Assembly (NCBI GenBank): GCA_964293585.1
Contig: CAXYYS010000001.1
Coordinates: 5,755 to 69,754 of the forward strand
Direction of reading: 5' to 3'
DNA length: 64,000 nt
From: an uncultured Acidaminococcales bacterium
GTDB taxonomy: Bacteria; Bacillota; Negativicutes; Acidaminococcales; Acidaminococcaceae
Shown here piece after piece: positions 1 to 9,547 of this stretch; positions within the stretch are counted from its first letter, which is position 1, and every line of letters starts with the position of its first letter. A program made the translations under genes and the position numbers. The notes under the pieces are model-generated. The model worked only from the letters and a program-made list of their open reading frames with translations, was not told the origin of the DNA and did not search any database.

Positions 1-861
1 ACTTTAATGTGTCCTCACTGCGCCGTGAGCCTGGTTTACCACGAGGCGGGCCAGGTGATGCGCTGTCATTACTGCGGCAACGAGTTCCCCGTGCCTACGG
101 AATGTCCTCAGTGCCACAGCAAACGGATTAAATTTTTTGGCACCGGCACCCAGAAAGCGGAAAAAGAAATCCGGGAGCTGCCCGGCGTGCGCATCCTGCG
201 TATGGACCAGGATACCACCGGGGGCAAGCTGAGCCACGAGAATATCTTGCGCAACTTTGCCCTGGGCCAGGCCAACGTGCTTTTAGGCACCCAGATGGTA
301 GCGAAGGGCCATGATATTCCCAACGTGACCCTGGTAGGCATCCTGGCGGCGGACAGTATTTTAAATTTGCCGGACTTCCGGGCGGGAGAGCGGGCCTTCA
401 GCCTGATCACCCAGGCCGCGGGACGGGCAGGACGGGGCGAGTTGAAAGGCCGGGTGGTCTTGCAGACTTATGACCCGGAGAATGAAGTGATTCAGCTGGC
501 GGCGAAACAGGACTATGACGGTTTTGCCAAGCTGGAGCTGGAGAACAGGAAAGAATTAGGCTATCCGCCTTTTGCCCAGGTGCTGAAGCTGGTAGTCTGG
601 CATCAGGACGAGCTGGAAAGCGGACGCCAGGCCCAGGCGGTGGCAGACTTTTTAAAACAGGTGGCGGCAAAGGAACAGCTGCCCCAAACCGAGATTGCCG
701 GGCCTTTCCCGGCGCTGGTGCCCAAGGTGCGTGATCTGTACAAGACCAACGTGCTGGTAAAGAGCGGGCGGCTGGACGTGTTAAAGGATGCCCTGCTCCA
801 GTCCCAGTTCCGGCAGCAGCCCAATGTGTATTTTGACGTGGACCCGTTAAGCATGCTGTAA
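1..861 (+). CDS. priA: Primosomal protein N-prime (PriA helicase), C-terminal part; the 5' end lies upstream of the window
   Basis: The frame is open from nt 1. Cys-rich zinc motifs are present (CPHC, CHYCG, CPQC), along with helicase C-terminal motifs (TQMVAKGHD, QAAGRAGR). It precedes def-fmt, as in Firmicutes. Confidence 0.9.
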   Translation, partial: TLMCPHCAVSLVYHEAGQVMRCHYCGNEFPVPTECPQCHSKRIKFFGTGTQKAEKEIRELPGVRILRMDQDTTGGKLSHENILRNFALGQANVLLGTQMVAKGHDIPNVTLVGILAADSILNLPDFRAGERAFSLITQAAGRAGRGELKGRVVLQTYDPENEVIQLAAKQDYDGFAKLELENRKELGYPPFAQVLKLVVWHQDELESGRQAQAVADFLKQVAAKEQLPQTEIAGPFPALVPKVRDLYKTNVLVKSGRLDVLKDALLQSQFRQQPNVYFDVDPLSML

Positions 862-890
862 GGTACAGTGCTTGTCACTGTACCTCTTTT
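862..890 (+). terminator. Intrinsic terminator after priA
   Basis: GGTACAGTG (862-870), loop CTTGT, CACTGTACC (876-884), then TCTTTT. Confidence 0.7.
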
Positions 891-898
891 GCATTCTA

Positions 899-907
899 TG
901 GTATAAT
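899..907 (+). promoter_or_regulatory. Extended -10 promoter element upstream of def
   Basis: TGgTATAAT (TG at 899-900, TATAAT at 902-907). No good -35 at 17-nt spacing. Confidence 0.4.
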
Positions 908-949
908 ATAATTTACGAATAATAGGTGTCAGTTTTCAGGAGGACAAGG

Positions 950-1498
950 ATGGCCAAGTTAAAGGTTTTGACAGCGGGCAACCCCGTTTTAAAGATGATT
1001 TCCCAACCGGTAGGTAAAGTAGATAAGAAGATTAAGCGTCTTTTAAAAGACATGGCGGAAACCATGTATAAAGATGATAACGGCGTAGGACTGGCCGCAC
1101 CCCAGGTGGGCATCCTGCAGCGCATGGTGGTTATTGACGTGGGGGATGAGCACGGGCTCATGGAGCTGATCAACCCGGTGATCACCAAGCGGGAAGGCAA
1201 GATCGTGGTAGGCGAGGGCTGTCTGTCCGTGCCGGATTTTGAAGGCGAGGTTGAGCGCAGCGCTTACGTGGAATGTGAATACTACGATACTAAGAACCAG
1301 AAGAAGTTTGTGGCGGCGGAAGGACTTTTAGCGGTGTGCATCCAGCACGAGCTGGACCATCTGGACGGCATCCTCTTTACGGACCGGGCCATTTCCATCA
1401 CCCCCAAGGAACAATCCCACACCCCGGCGGCGGAAGCCAAGCGCCGGGCCAATATTAACGGCCCCATCGCGGGACCGGCAGCGGCGCCGGCTAAATAA
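950..1498 (+). CDS. def: Peptide deformylase with a roughly 30-aa Ala/Pro-rich C-terminal tail
   Basis: Motifs GVGLAAPQ, EGCLS and QHELDH. ATG 950 is preceded by AGGAGG; the ORF-track start at 926 has no RBS. Confidence 0.93.
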   Translation: MAKLKVLTAGNPVLKMISQPVGKVDKKIKRLLKDMAETMYKDDNGVGLAAPQVGILQRMVVIDVGDEHGLMELINPVITKREGKIVVGEGCLSVPDFEGEVERSAYVECEYYDTKNQKKFVAAEGLLAVCIQHELDHLDGILFTDRAISITPKEQSHTPAAEAKRRANINGPIAGPAAAPAK

Positions 1499-1580
1499 GG
1501 GGACAGAAAAAAGAGCGTGGCGTTGCCAGGCGGTTGTGCAGAAAAATAGCGGCGCTTGTAGCGCCGTAACAGGAGCTAAT

Positions 1581-2534
1581 ATGTACAAGATTATTTTCAT
1601 GGGCACGCCGGACTTTGCGGTAGCCAGCCTGCGGGCCCTGGTAGAAAGTAAAAAATATGAGATCGTGGCGGTGGTGAGCCAGCCGGATCGCCCCCGGGGA
1701 CGGGGCAAAAAGGTTGTACCCACGCCGGTGAAAGCTTACGCGGCAAGCGTGGGCCTGACGGTGCTGCAGCCGGTCAAGGTCAAGACCCCGGAAGTGACGG
1801 CGCAGTTAGCCGCCTACCAGCCGGATTTTATCGTAGTGGCGGCTTTCGGCCAGATTTTATCCCAGGCCATCCTGGATATTCCTAAATTCGCCTGCGTGAA
1901 TGTGCATGCCTCGCTGCTGCCTAAATATAGAGGCGCGGCGCCGCTGAACTATGCCCTCATGAACGGCGAAAAGGAAAGCGGCGTGACCCTGATGCACATG
2001 GAAGCGGGCATGGATACCGGCGGCAGTTATGCCCAGGTGGTTGTGCCTATCACGCCGGAGATGACCAAGGGCGAGCTGGAAACTTTGTGCCAGGAGGCGG
2101 GCGCACAACTTTTACTGGAAAAGCTGGATGCTATTGCGGACGGCAGTTTAACTTTTACGCCCCAGGACGAGAGTAAGGCCACCAAGGCCACGCTCCTCAC
2201 CCGGGACATGGAACATCTTGACTGTACGAGAAGCGCCCTGCAGCTCCACGATTTGATCCGGGCCTTTAACCCGGAGCCGGGAACTTTTACCACCCTGCCT
2301 GACGGCAGGATGTTAAAGCTGTGGGACACCCGGGTGGTTCCGGGACTGGACGGGGTACCGGGCACGGTGCTCAGCGTCAGCAAAAAAACTTTTACGGTGG
2401 CATGCGGCCGGGACAGCCTGGAAGTGCTGGAAGTACAGCCCGAGTCCAAGAAGCGTATGCCGTCCCAGGTCTTTTTAAACGGACGGGGCGTCAAGGCCGG
2501 GGATCAGCTGGGAACGGCGTCCCTGTCTAAATAA
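1581..2534 (+). CDS. fmt: Methionyl-tRNA formyltransferase
   Basis: N-terminus MYKIIFMGTPDFA, plus SLLPKYRGAAP. ATG 1581 follows AGGAG; the ORF-track start at 1536 is an upstream extension. Confidence 0.93.
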   Translation: MYKIIFMGTPDFAVASLRALVESKKYEIVAVVSQPDRPRGRGKKVVPTPVKAYAASVGLTVLQPVKVKTPEVTAQLAAYQPDFIVVAAFGQILSQAILDIPKFACVNVHASLLPKYRGAAPLNYALMNGEKESGVTLMHMEAGMDTGGSYAQVVVPITPEMTKGELETLCQEAGAQLLLEKLDAIADGSLTFTPQDESKATKATLLTRDMEHLDCTRSALQLHDLIRAFNPEPGTFTTLPDGRMLKLWDTRVVPGLDGVPGTVLSVSKKTFTVACGRDSLEVLEVQPESKKRMPSQVFLNGRGVKAGDQLGTASLSK

Positions 2535-2605
2535 GGCGTACCGGCAATGTCCGGGACGCGGTGTAAGTCTTGCAAGTGAAAGAATTGAGGTAAGCAGTAA
2601 GTTTT

Positions 2606-3409
2606 ATGGATACTAACGAAATCATGCTCAGTAAACCGAAAAAGCGTATCTTTCTGGCACTGATCCTGTGCAGCACTCTCCTGACGGCAGTGGTGCTCTA
2701 CATGGTCTGGAAGGTGACAGGTCCGGGTCTGAATTCTATCAGCGCCTGGCTGCCGGCCTTGTTCGGCCTGGCGGTGCTCTGCTTTGTGCTGGCCCTGCTC
2801 TTAGGCGAAGTCGGCATCGTGCTGGGTATTTTGGGCATGCCCATCTTGAAGCCTGTGTATTTTTGGGCCTGGAAGGCGATTAACATCCTGTTCCCCTTTG
2901 CCATCGGCCTGGGGCGCATCTTTAATATCAGCCGCCAGAAGATTCAGCAGTCTTTTATCGAAGTGAACAACAACCTGGTACGCCAGCATCACATCAAGGT
3001 GCCGGCCAACCGGATCTTAATTTTGACGCCCCACTGCCTGCAGCGGGACACCTGCATCTATAAGCTGACCCGCAACGTGGAAAACTGCCACCAGTGCGGC
3101 CAGTGCAACGTGGGCCAGCTTTTGGCGCTCTGCCATAAATACGGACTGCACCTGGTAGTGGCCAGCGGCGGTACCCTGGCCCGGCAGATGGTGATGCAGG
3201 CCCGGCCCAAGGCTATCGTGGCGGTAGCCTGCGAGCGGGATCTGACCAGCGGTATCCAGGACGTGTTCCCGGTACCGGTGCTGGGTGTGTTTAACGAAAG
3301 ACCTTTTGGCCCGTGTTTTAATACCCGGGTAGATATGGAGAAAGTAGAAACCGCCATCTTAAGTTTCATGACGGACGAGGACAAGCATGCTAAAGAAAAA
3401 TCCGCCTAA
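2606..3409 (+). CDS. DUF116-family membrane protein (Cys-rich, function unknown)
   Basis: N-terminal TM helices are followed by LTPHCLQ..C..NCHQCGQC..VASGGT..VAVACERDL..GPCFNT, the pattern typical of DUF116. It occupies the conserved position between fmt and rsmB. Confidence 0.75.
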   Translation: MDTNEIMLSKPKKRIFLALILCSTLLTAVVLYMVWKVTGPGLNSISAWLPALFGLAVLCFVLALLLGEVGIVLGILGMPILKPVYFWAWKAINILFPFAIGLGRIFNISRQKIQQSFIEVNNNLVRQHHIKVPANRILILTPHCLQRDTCIYKLTRNVENCHQCGQCNVGQLLALCHKYGLHLVVASGGTLARQMVMQARPKAIVAVACERDLTSGIQDVFPVPVLGVFNERPFGPCFNTRVDMEKVETAILSFMTDEDKHAKEKSA

Positions 3410-4895
3410 ACCGCCGCGCCAGACGACTACCAAAAAGCAGCCGCCAAATGCGCGTATGACGGCGATTAAGATTATCAACCGTATCCTGAAGGACGGGGCG
3501 TATAGCAACCTGGTCCTGAACGAGATGTTGCCGGAAGCCGGTTTAAGCGACCTGGACCGGCGTTTTGTCACGGAGCTGGTGTACGGCACCGTGAAGACCC
3601 TGGGAACCCTGGACTGGATCCTGGAACATTTTGTGAGCCGGCCGCTGGCTTCCCTGGAACCGGAGACCCGGAATATTTTGCGCCTGGGCGTGTACCAGAT
3701 TTATTTTCTGGACCGGGTGCCGGTAAGCGCTGCCGTCAACGAGAGCGTGAACCTGGCCAAACATTTTGGTCATCCTGGCATCGTGAAGTTTGTGAACGCG
3801 GTACTCCGGAGCAGCGTGCGGCAAAAAGCTACGTTAGACTGGCCGGAGCAGGCCAAGGCGCCGCTGCAGCATTTAGCGTTAACGGCGTACCATCCCGAAT
3901 GGCTCTTGCGCCGCTGGGAACAGGAATTTGGTTTGGCAGACACGGAAAAACTCTGTGCCTTTGATAATGCACCGGCGCCGCTGACCCTGCGGGCTAATAC
4001 CCTGGTCACCACCAGGGCAGAACTGCTGGAAAAGTTAACCGCGGACGGTTTTACGGCTCAGGCGTCTACCTGGAGCCCGGACGGTATCGTGTGCACGAAG
4101 ATACCGTCCCTGAAAGCTTTGTTTAACAAATATTACAATGGTTTTTATATCCAGGACGAAAGTTCCATGCTGGCAGGGCGGGTGCTGAACCCCAAACCCG
4201 GCAGCACGGTTATTGATATGTGCAGCGCCCCGGGGGGCAAGACCACCCATATGGCGGTGCTGATGGAAAACAGGGGCCAGGTCCGGGCCTGTGATATTTA
4301 TCCCCACAAGCTGGATCTGATTAAGGCCAATGCCGCCCGTCTGGGCCTGAAGAATGTCTATACGTTCCTGCAGGACGGCACGCAGGTGCGGGAAACCTGG
4401 GTGGGCAAGGCGGACTATGTGCTGGTGGACGCACCCTGCAGCGGCTTAGGCGTGTTAAACCGCCGGGCCGAGGCGCGCTGGACCAGGACGGAAGCAGATT
4501 TGGCGGCTTTCCCGCCCTTGCAGCTCCAGATTCTGGAGACGGCGGTGCAGTATGCGAAACCGGCCGGCCAGATTTTGTATAGCACCTGTACCCTGGAGTC
4601 TGCGGAAAATCACGGTCTGGTGGCGCGCTTTTTAGCCGCGCATCCGGACTGGCATTTAGCCGGGTTCAAACATCCCCTGACCGGGGAAACGGTCACCGAG
4701 TTACAACTGTTGCCTCAGCGTGACGGAGTGGACGGGTTCTATCTGGCTTTGCTGGCAAGAACCGCGCCGGCGGCTGAAACTACTAAAGCAACTGAGACGG
4801 CGGTGACTGAAACTGCTAAAGCAACTGAGGCGGCATCTGAAACTATTAAAGCAACTGACACGGCGGCGCCTGACACTGCCGGCGCAGCGGAATAA
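3387..4895 (+). CDS. rsmB: 16S rRNA (cytosine967-C5)-methyltransferase RsmB, with a Thr/Ala/Glu repeat tail
   Basis: NusB-like N-terminal domain; SAM motif DMCSAPGGKT; catalytic DAPCSG and YSTCT motifs. Confidence 0.9.
   Translation: MLKKNPPKPPRQTTTKKQPPNARMTAIKIINRILKDGAYSNLVLNEMLPEAGLSDLDRRFVTELVYGTVKTLGTLDWILEHFVSRPLASLEPETRNILRLGVYQIYFLDRVPVSAAVNESVNLAKHFGHPGIVKFVNAVLRSSVRQKATLDWPEQAKAPLQHLALTAYHPEWLLRRWEQEFGLADTEKLCAFDNAPAPLTLRANTLVTTRAELLEKLTADGFTAQASTWSPDGIVCTKIPSLKALFNKYYNGFYIQDESSMLAGRVLNPKPGSTVIDMCSAPGGKTTHMAVLMENRGQVRACDIYPHKLDLIKANAARLGLKNVYTFLQDGTQVRETWVGKADYVLVDAPCSGLGVLNRRAEARWTRTEADLAAFPPLQLQILETAVQYAKPAGQILYSTCTLESAENHGLVARFLAAHPDWHLAGFKHPLTGETVTELQLLPQRDGVDGFYLALLARTAPAAETTKATETAVTETAKATEAASETIKATDTAAPDTAGAAE
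4776..4871 (+). repeat. Three tandem 30-33-nt coding repeats at the 3' end of rsmB
   Basis: The unit GAAACTnCTAAAGCAACTGAnnCGGCG starts at 4776, 4809 and 4839. It encodes ETTKATETAVT / ETAKATEAAS / ETIKATDTAAP. Confidence 0.85.
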
Positions 4896-4913
4896 TTTTA
4901 CGAGGAGTATATT

Positions 4914-5981
4914 TTGAAAAAAGAAATTTTTGGTTTAACCTTAGCCGAACTGCAAACGGAACTGGCCGCCCTGGGCCTGCAAAAATTCAGGGCCAGCCAG
5001 GTGTTTCAGTGGCTGTATGTGAAGTCGGAGTTTGACTTTCACAAGATGACCAACCTGTCCCCGGCGGATAGGGAAAAACTGGCGGCGGCTTTTAGCGTGC
5101 TGCCGGCGGAGATTAAAATTTTACAGGAACAGCGCAGCGCCGATGGCCTGACCACCAAGCTGCTGCTGGAGATGACCGACGGCAACGCTATCGAGACCGT
5201 GCTCATGCATCATGATTACGGCTACAGCGTCTGCGTGTCCAGCCAGGCCGGCTGCGCCATGGGCTGTGCTTTTTGCGCCAGCGGTCTGCACGGCTGCGCC
5301 CGTAATTTGACTAAAGCCGAGATCATGGCCCAGGTCTATCTGTTTAACGGCCGCCTCCGGGATGAGGAAGGCCGGGTCAGCCGCATCATCGTCATGGGCA
5401 GCGGCGAACCGCTTTTAAACTTTGAGAATGTCTTAGGCGCCCTGGACTTTTTACACGATCCGGCGGCAGCGGGCATCAGTTACCGCAACATGACCCTGTC
5501 CACCTGCGGCATCGTGCCGGGTATCAAACGCCTGGCAGCATTGGGCCAGCCTTTTAACCTGGCTATCTCCCTGCATGCGGTGCGCCCGGATCTGCGGAGC
5601 GAGCTCATGCCGGTGAACAAGACTTATCCCCTGACCGAGGTGCTGGCGGCGGCGGAAGAATATGCCGTCAAGACCGGACGCCAGGTAACGTACGAATATA
5701 TCCTGCTGGCAGGCAAGAACGACAGCGAAGCGGATGCGGAGCTATTAGGCGATTATATGCGCTTTAAGCATGCGGCCGTGAACCTGATTCCTGCCAACCC
5801 GGTGCCGGAAAAAGGTTTCCTGCGTCCGGGCAAGAAAAAGCTGGAGCGTTTTGTGGCCGCCCTGGAAAAGCGCCGGGTCCATGTGACCGTGCGCCGGGAG
5901 ATGGGCGCGGATATTAACGCGGCCTGCGGCCAGCTGCGGGCTCAGCATCTGGAGCAACCGGAACCGAAGCCGGAAGCGTAA
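4914..5981 (+). CDS. rlmN: 23S rRNA/tRNA (adenine2503-C2)-methyltransferase RlmN (radical SAM)
   Basis: CxxxCxxC motif (GCAMGCAFCASG) and the GSGEPL motif. TTG start at 4914, 6 nt after GAGGAG. Confidence 0.9.
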   Translation: MKKEIFGLTLAELQTELAALGLQKFRASQVFQWLYVKSEFDFHKMTNLSPADREKLAAAFSVLPAEIKILQEQRSADGLTTKLLLEMTDGNAIETVLMHHDYGYSVCVSSQAGCAMGCAFCASGLHGCARNLTKAEIMAQVYLFNGRLRDEEGRVSRIIVMGSGEPLLNFENVLGALDFLHDPAAAGISYRNMTLSTCGIVPGIKRLAALGQPFNLAISLHAVRPDLRSELMPVNKTYPLTEVLAAAEEYAVKTGRQVTYEYILLAGKNDSEADAELLGDYMRFKHAAVNLIPANPVPEKGFLRPGKKKLERFVAALEKRRVHVTVRREMGADINAACGQLRAQHLEQPEPKPEA

Positions 5982-6013
5982 AAGTTTACCATTTAAATTG
6001 AGGAGCAAGGGAA

Positions 6014-6751
6014 ATGCCAGTCATCAGTAAGACCCATATCGGTTTAGTCAGAAAAAATAACGAAGATAGTTTGTTAGTCCGGGAACCACACCTGTTTGCC
6101 ATCGCGGATGGCATGGGCGGGTATGCGGCCGGCGAAGTGGCCAGCAAGGAAGCGCTGAAAGTTTTGGACCAGGAAGCCCCCAGGTTTTCCGGCCTCAGCG
6201 GTCAGGGTCTGATGGATGCCCTCCGGCACACCATCAGCAAGATCAACATGGCCGTGTACGAGCTGGCAGCCAGCAAACCGGAGTATCATGGCATGGGTAC
6301 CACCATCACAGGTGTTTACCTGCCGGGGCACGGCGAAGCCTATGCCTTTAACGTAGGCGACAGCCGGTTGTACCTGTGGCACCGGGGCAGCCTGGTGCAG
6401 ATTACCAAGGACCATTCCCTGGTCAGCGAGCTGGTGGCTAAAGGGGAAATTACCAAACAGGAAGCTTTTACCCATCCGGAAAAGAACCTGCTCACCAAGG
6501 GTATCGGTGTGGAAAAATACGTGGAAGCGGATATTTTCCAGCTGGATGTGGCGGCGGAAGATACGCTGCTCCTGTGCAGTGACGGGCTTTCGGATATGCT
6601 CCGGGATACGGAGATGGAACAACTGTTGCACATTAACGGCGGCCTGCAGGCTAAGAGTGATGCCCTGCTGGAGCAGGCGCTCTTAAACGGCGGCCGGGAC
6701 AATATTTCTTTTATTATCATTGGCTTAAACGACAGCCGGGAGGTGGACTAA
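6014..6751 (+). CDS. prpC: PP2C-family Ser/Thr protein phosphatase (Stp/PrpC)
   Basis: NEDS, ADGMGG and CSDGL..GG.DN motifs. It lies immediately upstream of the PASTA kinase. Confidence 0.9.
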   Translation: MPVISKTHIGLVRKNNEDSLLVREPHLFAIADGMGGYAAGEVASKEALKVLDQEAPRFSGLSGQGLMDALRHTISKINMAVYELAASKPEYHGMGTTITGVYLPGHGEAYAFNVGDSRLYLWHRGSLVQITKDHSLVSELVAKGEITKQEAFTHPEKNLLTKGIGVEKYVEADIFQLDVAAEDTLLLCSDGLSDMLRDTEMEQLLHINGGLQAKSDALLEQALLNGGRDNISFIIIGLNDSREVD

Positions 6752-6752
6752 G

Positions 6753-8672
6753 ATGGAAGCAGGCAAGATCCTGAGAGGACGCTACGAGATCATCAAGCCG
6801 ATAGGTTTTGGCGGCATGGCCGATGTCTATCTGGCCCGGGACGTACTTTTGGACCGCCGGGTGGCTGTGAAAGTTTTAAAGGACCAGTTCCTGAAGGACA
6901 AGAGCCAGCTGGCTCAGTTTGAGCGGGAAGCAAAATCGGCGGCCCGGCTTATCCACCCTTCTATCATCAATATTTTCGACGTCTGCGAGGAGGACGGCAT
7001 CCACTATATCGTCATGGAATACGTGGAAGGCATCACCCTGAAGGCGTACGAGGAGCAGAAAGGCCGGCTGGAAATACCTCAGGCGGTCAGCATTGCGGCG
7101 CAGCTGGCGGCGGCGCTGCAGCATGCCCATAAACATAATATTATTCACTGCGACATTAAGCCCCAGAATATCCTGTTAGCGGAAGGCCTGGTGCCCAAGA
7201 TTGTGGACTTCGGCATTTCCCGCATGGTCAGCGACGAGACCATGGTCTTTAACGCCAACGTGGTGGGCAGCGTACATTATTTTTCGCCGGAGCAGGCTCA
7301 GGGCGAAGCGGTAACGGCCCAGTCTGATATTTATTCTTTAGGCGTGGTGCTGTACGAGATGATCGCCGGCCAGGTGCCGTTTGACGGCAGCACGGCCCTG
7401 GCGGTAGCCCGTATGCATATCGAGGCGGAGCCGGAACCTTTGGCTACCTATGTGAAAGACGTACCGCCCCGCTTGCAGCATGTGATTGATAAGTCGTTAG
7501 CCAAAAGTCTGGCGGAACGCTACCAGACGGCGGAAGAGATGCGCCGGGATTTGCTGGCGGTGAAAGCTGATCTGATCGGCGAAGACGTAGACGTAAATTA
7601 CCATAGCGGCTACACGGAACCGCTGGAACCTGTAGGCCCGGAAGTGGCTGATTTCCAGGGCGAGGAGGACGCCACCCGGGTGATGAGCCCGGTACCTGCC
7701 AGGGAAGAACTGGCAGTTGTGGATGCCAAAGCCGCCCGGAAAAAGAAAATCAAGAAGATACTCATGTACTGCCTGAGTGCTTTTATCGTGCTCTGCGTAG
7801 CTCTGGCCGGGTATTTTACCTATACCACGCCTAACGTGGAAGTACCGGCCGTAACCGGTATGACCGTGGTGGAAGCACAGAAAGTCCTGGAAGATGCTGG
7901 CTTTAAGATTAAGTTAAAAGAAGAATATGATGCCAGCGTGACCCCGGGGACGGTTATGAAACAGGATCCGGCGCCCAAGACCATGAAGAAGAGCGGCGCC
8001 GTCGTGACCATCACCATCTGCCGCGGCCTGGAACTTTTGACCGTGCCCAATGTGACCGGTCAGACCCTGGAGCAGGCCAAGCAGAACCTGGAAGCAGCCG
8101 GCTACAAAGTTGGCAACGTGACCAAGACCTGGGACAGCAGCAAGAGCAAGGATGTAATCCTGAAGCAGTCGCCCAAGGCGGACAGCAAACTGCCTAAAGG
8201 TACGGCTATCGACCTGGTGGTAAACCAGAAGGAAGACGAAAAACCCAAGAAGGCGCAGATGCCTAATATCGTAGGCCTGTCCCTGGATAACGGCCAGGAC
8301 AAGCTTATCGCCCTGGGACTGAATATCGGCGAGCTGAAGACCGTGGACAGCGAGAAACCGGCTAATATCATCGTCGGTATGTCTCCGGAAGCGGGTACGA
8401 CGGTGAGCAGCGAGAGCAAGATTTCTCTGACTATTTCCAGCGGCAAGAAACCGCCGGCACCGGCTACCAACACCCAGTACGTGGAATTTGTGGTACCGGG
8501 TACGGGCGACCATGCGGTGCAGATTTTTGTAAAAGATGCCCAGAAGCAGTGGGTAGCTGCCGACGGCAAGTATAAGGGCGGTACCCGGGTGCGGCAGAAA
8601 CTGACCTTGTCCGGACCGGCCAAGGTACAGTTCTTTGTGGACCAGAAATTGCTGGAGGAAAAAAGTCTGTGA
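6753..8672 (+). CDS. prkC: Ser/Thr protein kinase with a TM segment and three PASTA repeats (PrkC/PknB type)
   Basis: Hanks kinase motifs (GGMADVY, VAVK, HCDIKPQN, DFG, SPEQ). A TM helix follows, then three VP.V.G....A...L repeats. Confidence 0.92.
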   Translation: MEAGKILRGRYEIIKPIGFGGMADVYLARDVLLDRRVAVKVLKDQFLKDKSQLAQFEREAKSAARLIHPSIINIFDVCEEDGIHYIVMEYVEGITLKAYEEQKGRLEIPQAVSIAAQLAAALQHAHKHNIIHCDIKPQNILLAEGLVPKIVDFGISRMVSDETMVFNANVVGSVHYFSPEQAQGEAVTAQSDIYSLGVVLYEMIAGQVPFDGSTALAVARMHIEAEPEPLATYVKDVPPRLQHVIDKSLAKSLAERYQTAEEMRRDLLAVKADLIGEDVDVNYHSGYTEPLEPVGPEVADFQGEEDATRVMSPVPAREELAVVDAKAARKKKIKKILMYCLSAFIVLCVALAGYFTYTTPNVEVPAVTGMTVVEAQKVLEDAGFKIKLKEEYDASVTPGTVMKQDPAPKTMKKSGAVVTITICRGLELLTVPNVTGQTLEQAKQNLEAAGYKVGNVTKTWDSSKSKDVILKQSPKADSKLPKGTAIDLVVNQKEDEKPKKAQMPNIVGLSLDNGQDKLIALGLNIGELKTVDSEKPANIIVGMSPEAGTTVSSESKISLTISSGKKPPAPATNTQYVEFVVPGTGDHAVQIFVKDAQKQWVAADGKYKGGTRVRQKLTLSGPAKVQFFVDQKLLEEKSL

Positions 8673-9547
8673 GTGAAGGCAGGGTTCTTAAAGCCTACAA
8701 CAGTTTTTATTACGTGGCCGCCGGCGGCGTAACTTACACCTGCAAGGTGAAGGGACGCATGAAACAGGAACGGTTTTCCCTGTGTCCCGGCGACCTGGTA
8801 ACTTTTGACCAGGACGGTACGGCGGGCATGATCACGTCCGTGCTGCCCCGGCGCAACTTTATGACGCGGCCCACGGTGGCGAACCTGGATGCGCTGGTGC
8901 TGACCATGGCGGTGGCGAAACCACTTTTCAGCCCGCTGATCCTGGATAAGCTGCTGGTGCTGGCGGCTACGCACAAGATGCCGGTGCTGCTGGCTTTGAA
9001 CAAGATGGATGCGGCCGTGCCGGAGGAGGCGCAGGCCCTGGTACAGATTTACCGGCAGGCCGGGTACCGGGTCTTTCCTGTCTCGGCTAAAACCGGCGCC
9101 GGCATCCCGGAACTGCAGGCGGCGCTGGCCGGTAAGATCACGGCTTTCGGCGGCCCCAGCGGTGTGGGAAAATCTTCCCTGATGAACGCCCTGGACCCGG
9201 AGCTGGCTCAGCAGACCGGCGCTTTAAGCGAAAAGATCAGCCGCGGCAAACACACTACCAGGTTTACGACCCTGGTACCTTTTAACGGCGGCTACCTGGC
9301 AGACACACCCGGGTTTGGCAATGTGTTCCTGGAAGGGGTGGAGCTGGGGGACCTGGCCGGTTATTTTCCGGAATTTGCGGCCTACGCACAGGAGTGTAAG
9401 TTTACTCCCTGTACTCATGACCATGAAAAGATTTGCGGCGTGAAAAACGCCGTGGCGGCAGGCAGGATTGCCCGCAGCCGTTATGCTTCGTATCTGGCCC
9501 TGCGGCAGGAACTTACCGCGGCCGGGGAAAGGATGTACCGCAAATGA
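8669..9547 (+). CDS. rsgA: Ribosome small-subunit-dependent GTPase A
   Basis: Circularly permuted GTPase motifs (NKMD ... GPSGVGKSS) and a C-terminal zinc motif CKFTPCTHDHEKIC. The GTG start overlaps the prkC stop (GTGA). Confidence 0.9.
   Translation: MSEGRVLKAYNSFYYVAAGGVTYTCKVKGRMKQERFSLCPGDLVTFDQDGTAGMITSVLPRRNFMTRPTVANLDALVLTMAVAKPLFSPLILDKLLVLAATHKMPVLLALNKMDAAVPEEAQALVQIYRQAGYRVFPVSAKTGAGIPELQAALAGKITAFGGPSGVGKSSLMNALDPELAQQTGALSEKISRGKHTTRFTTLVPFNGGYLADTPGFGNVFLEGVELGDLAGYFPEFAAYAQECKFTPCTHDHEKICGVKNAVAAGRIARSRYASYLALRQELTAAGERMYRK

Noticed and set aside
8102-8974. A 290-aa minus-strand ORF antisense to the prkC 3' end and rsgA 5' end. A 199-aa ORF at 7914-8513 is similar.
   Set aside because: There is no SD or promoter. 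The composition is Arg/His/Gln/Pro-rich, typical of the reverse complement of GC-rich coding sequence. The ORF is fully embedded in two strongly supported + strand genes.
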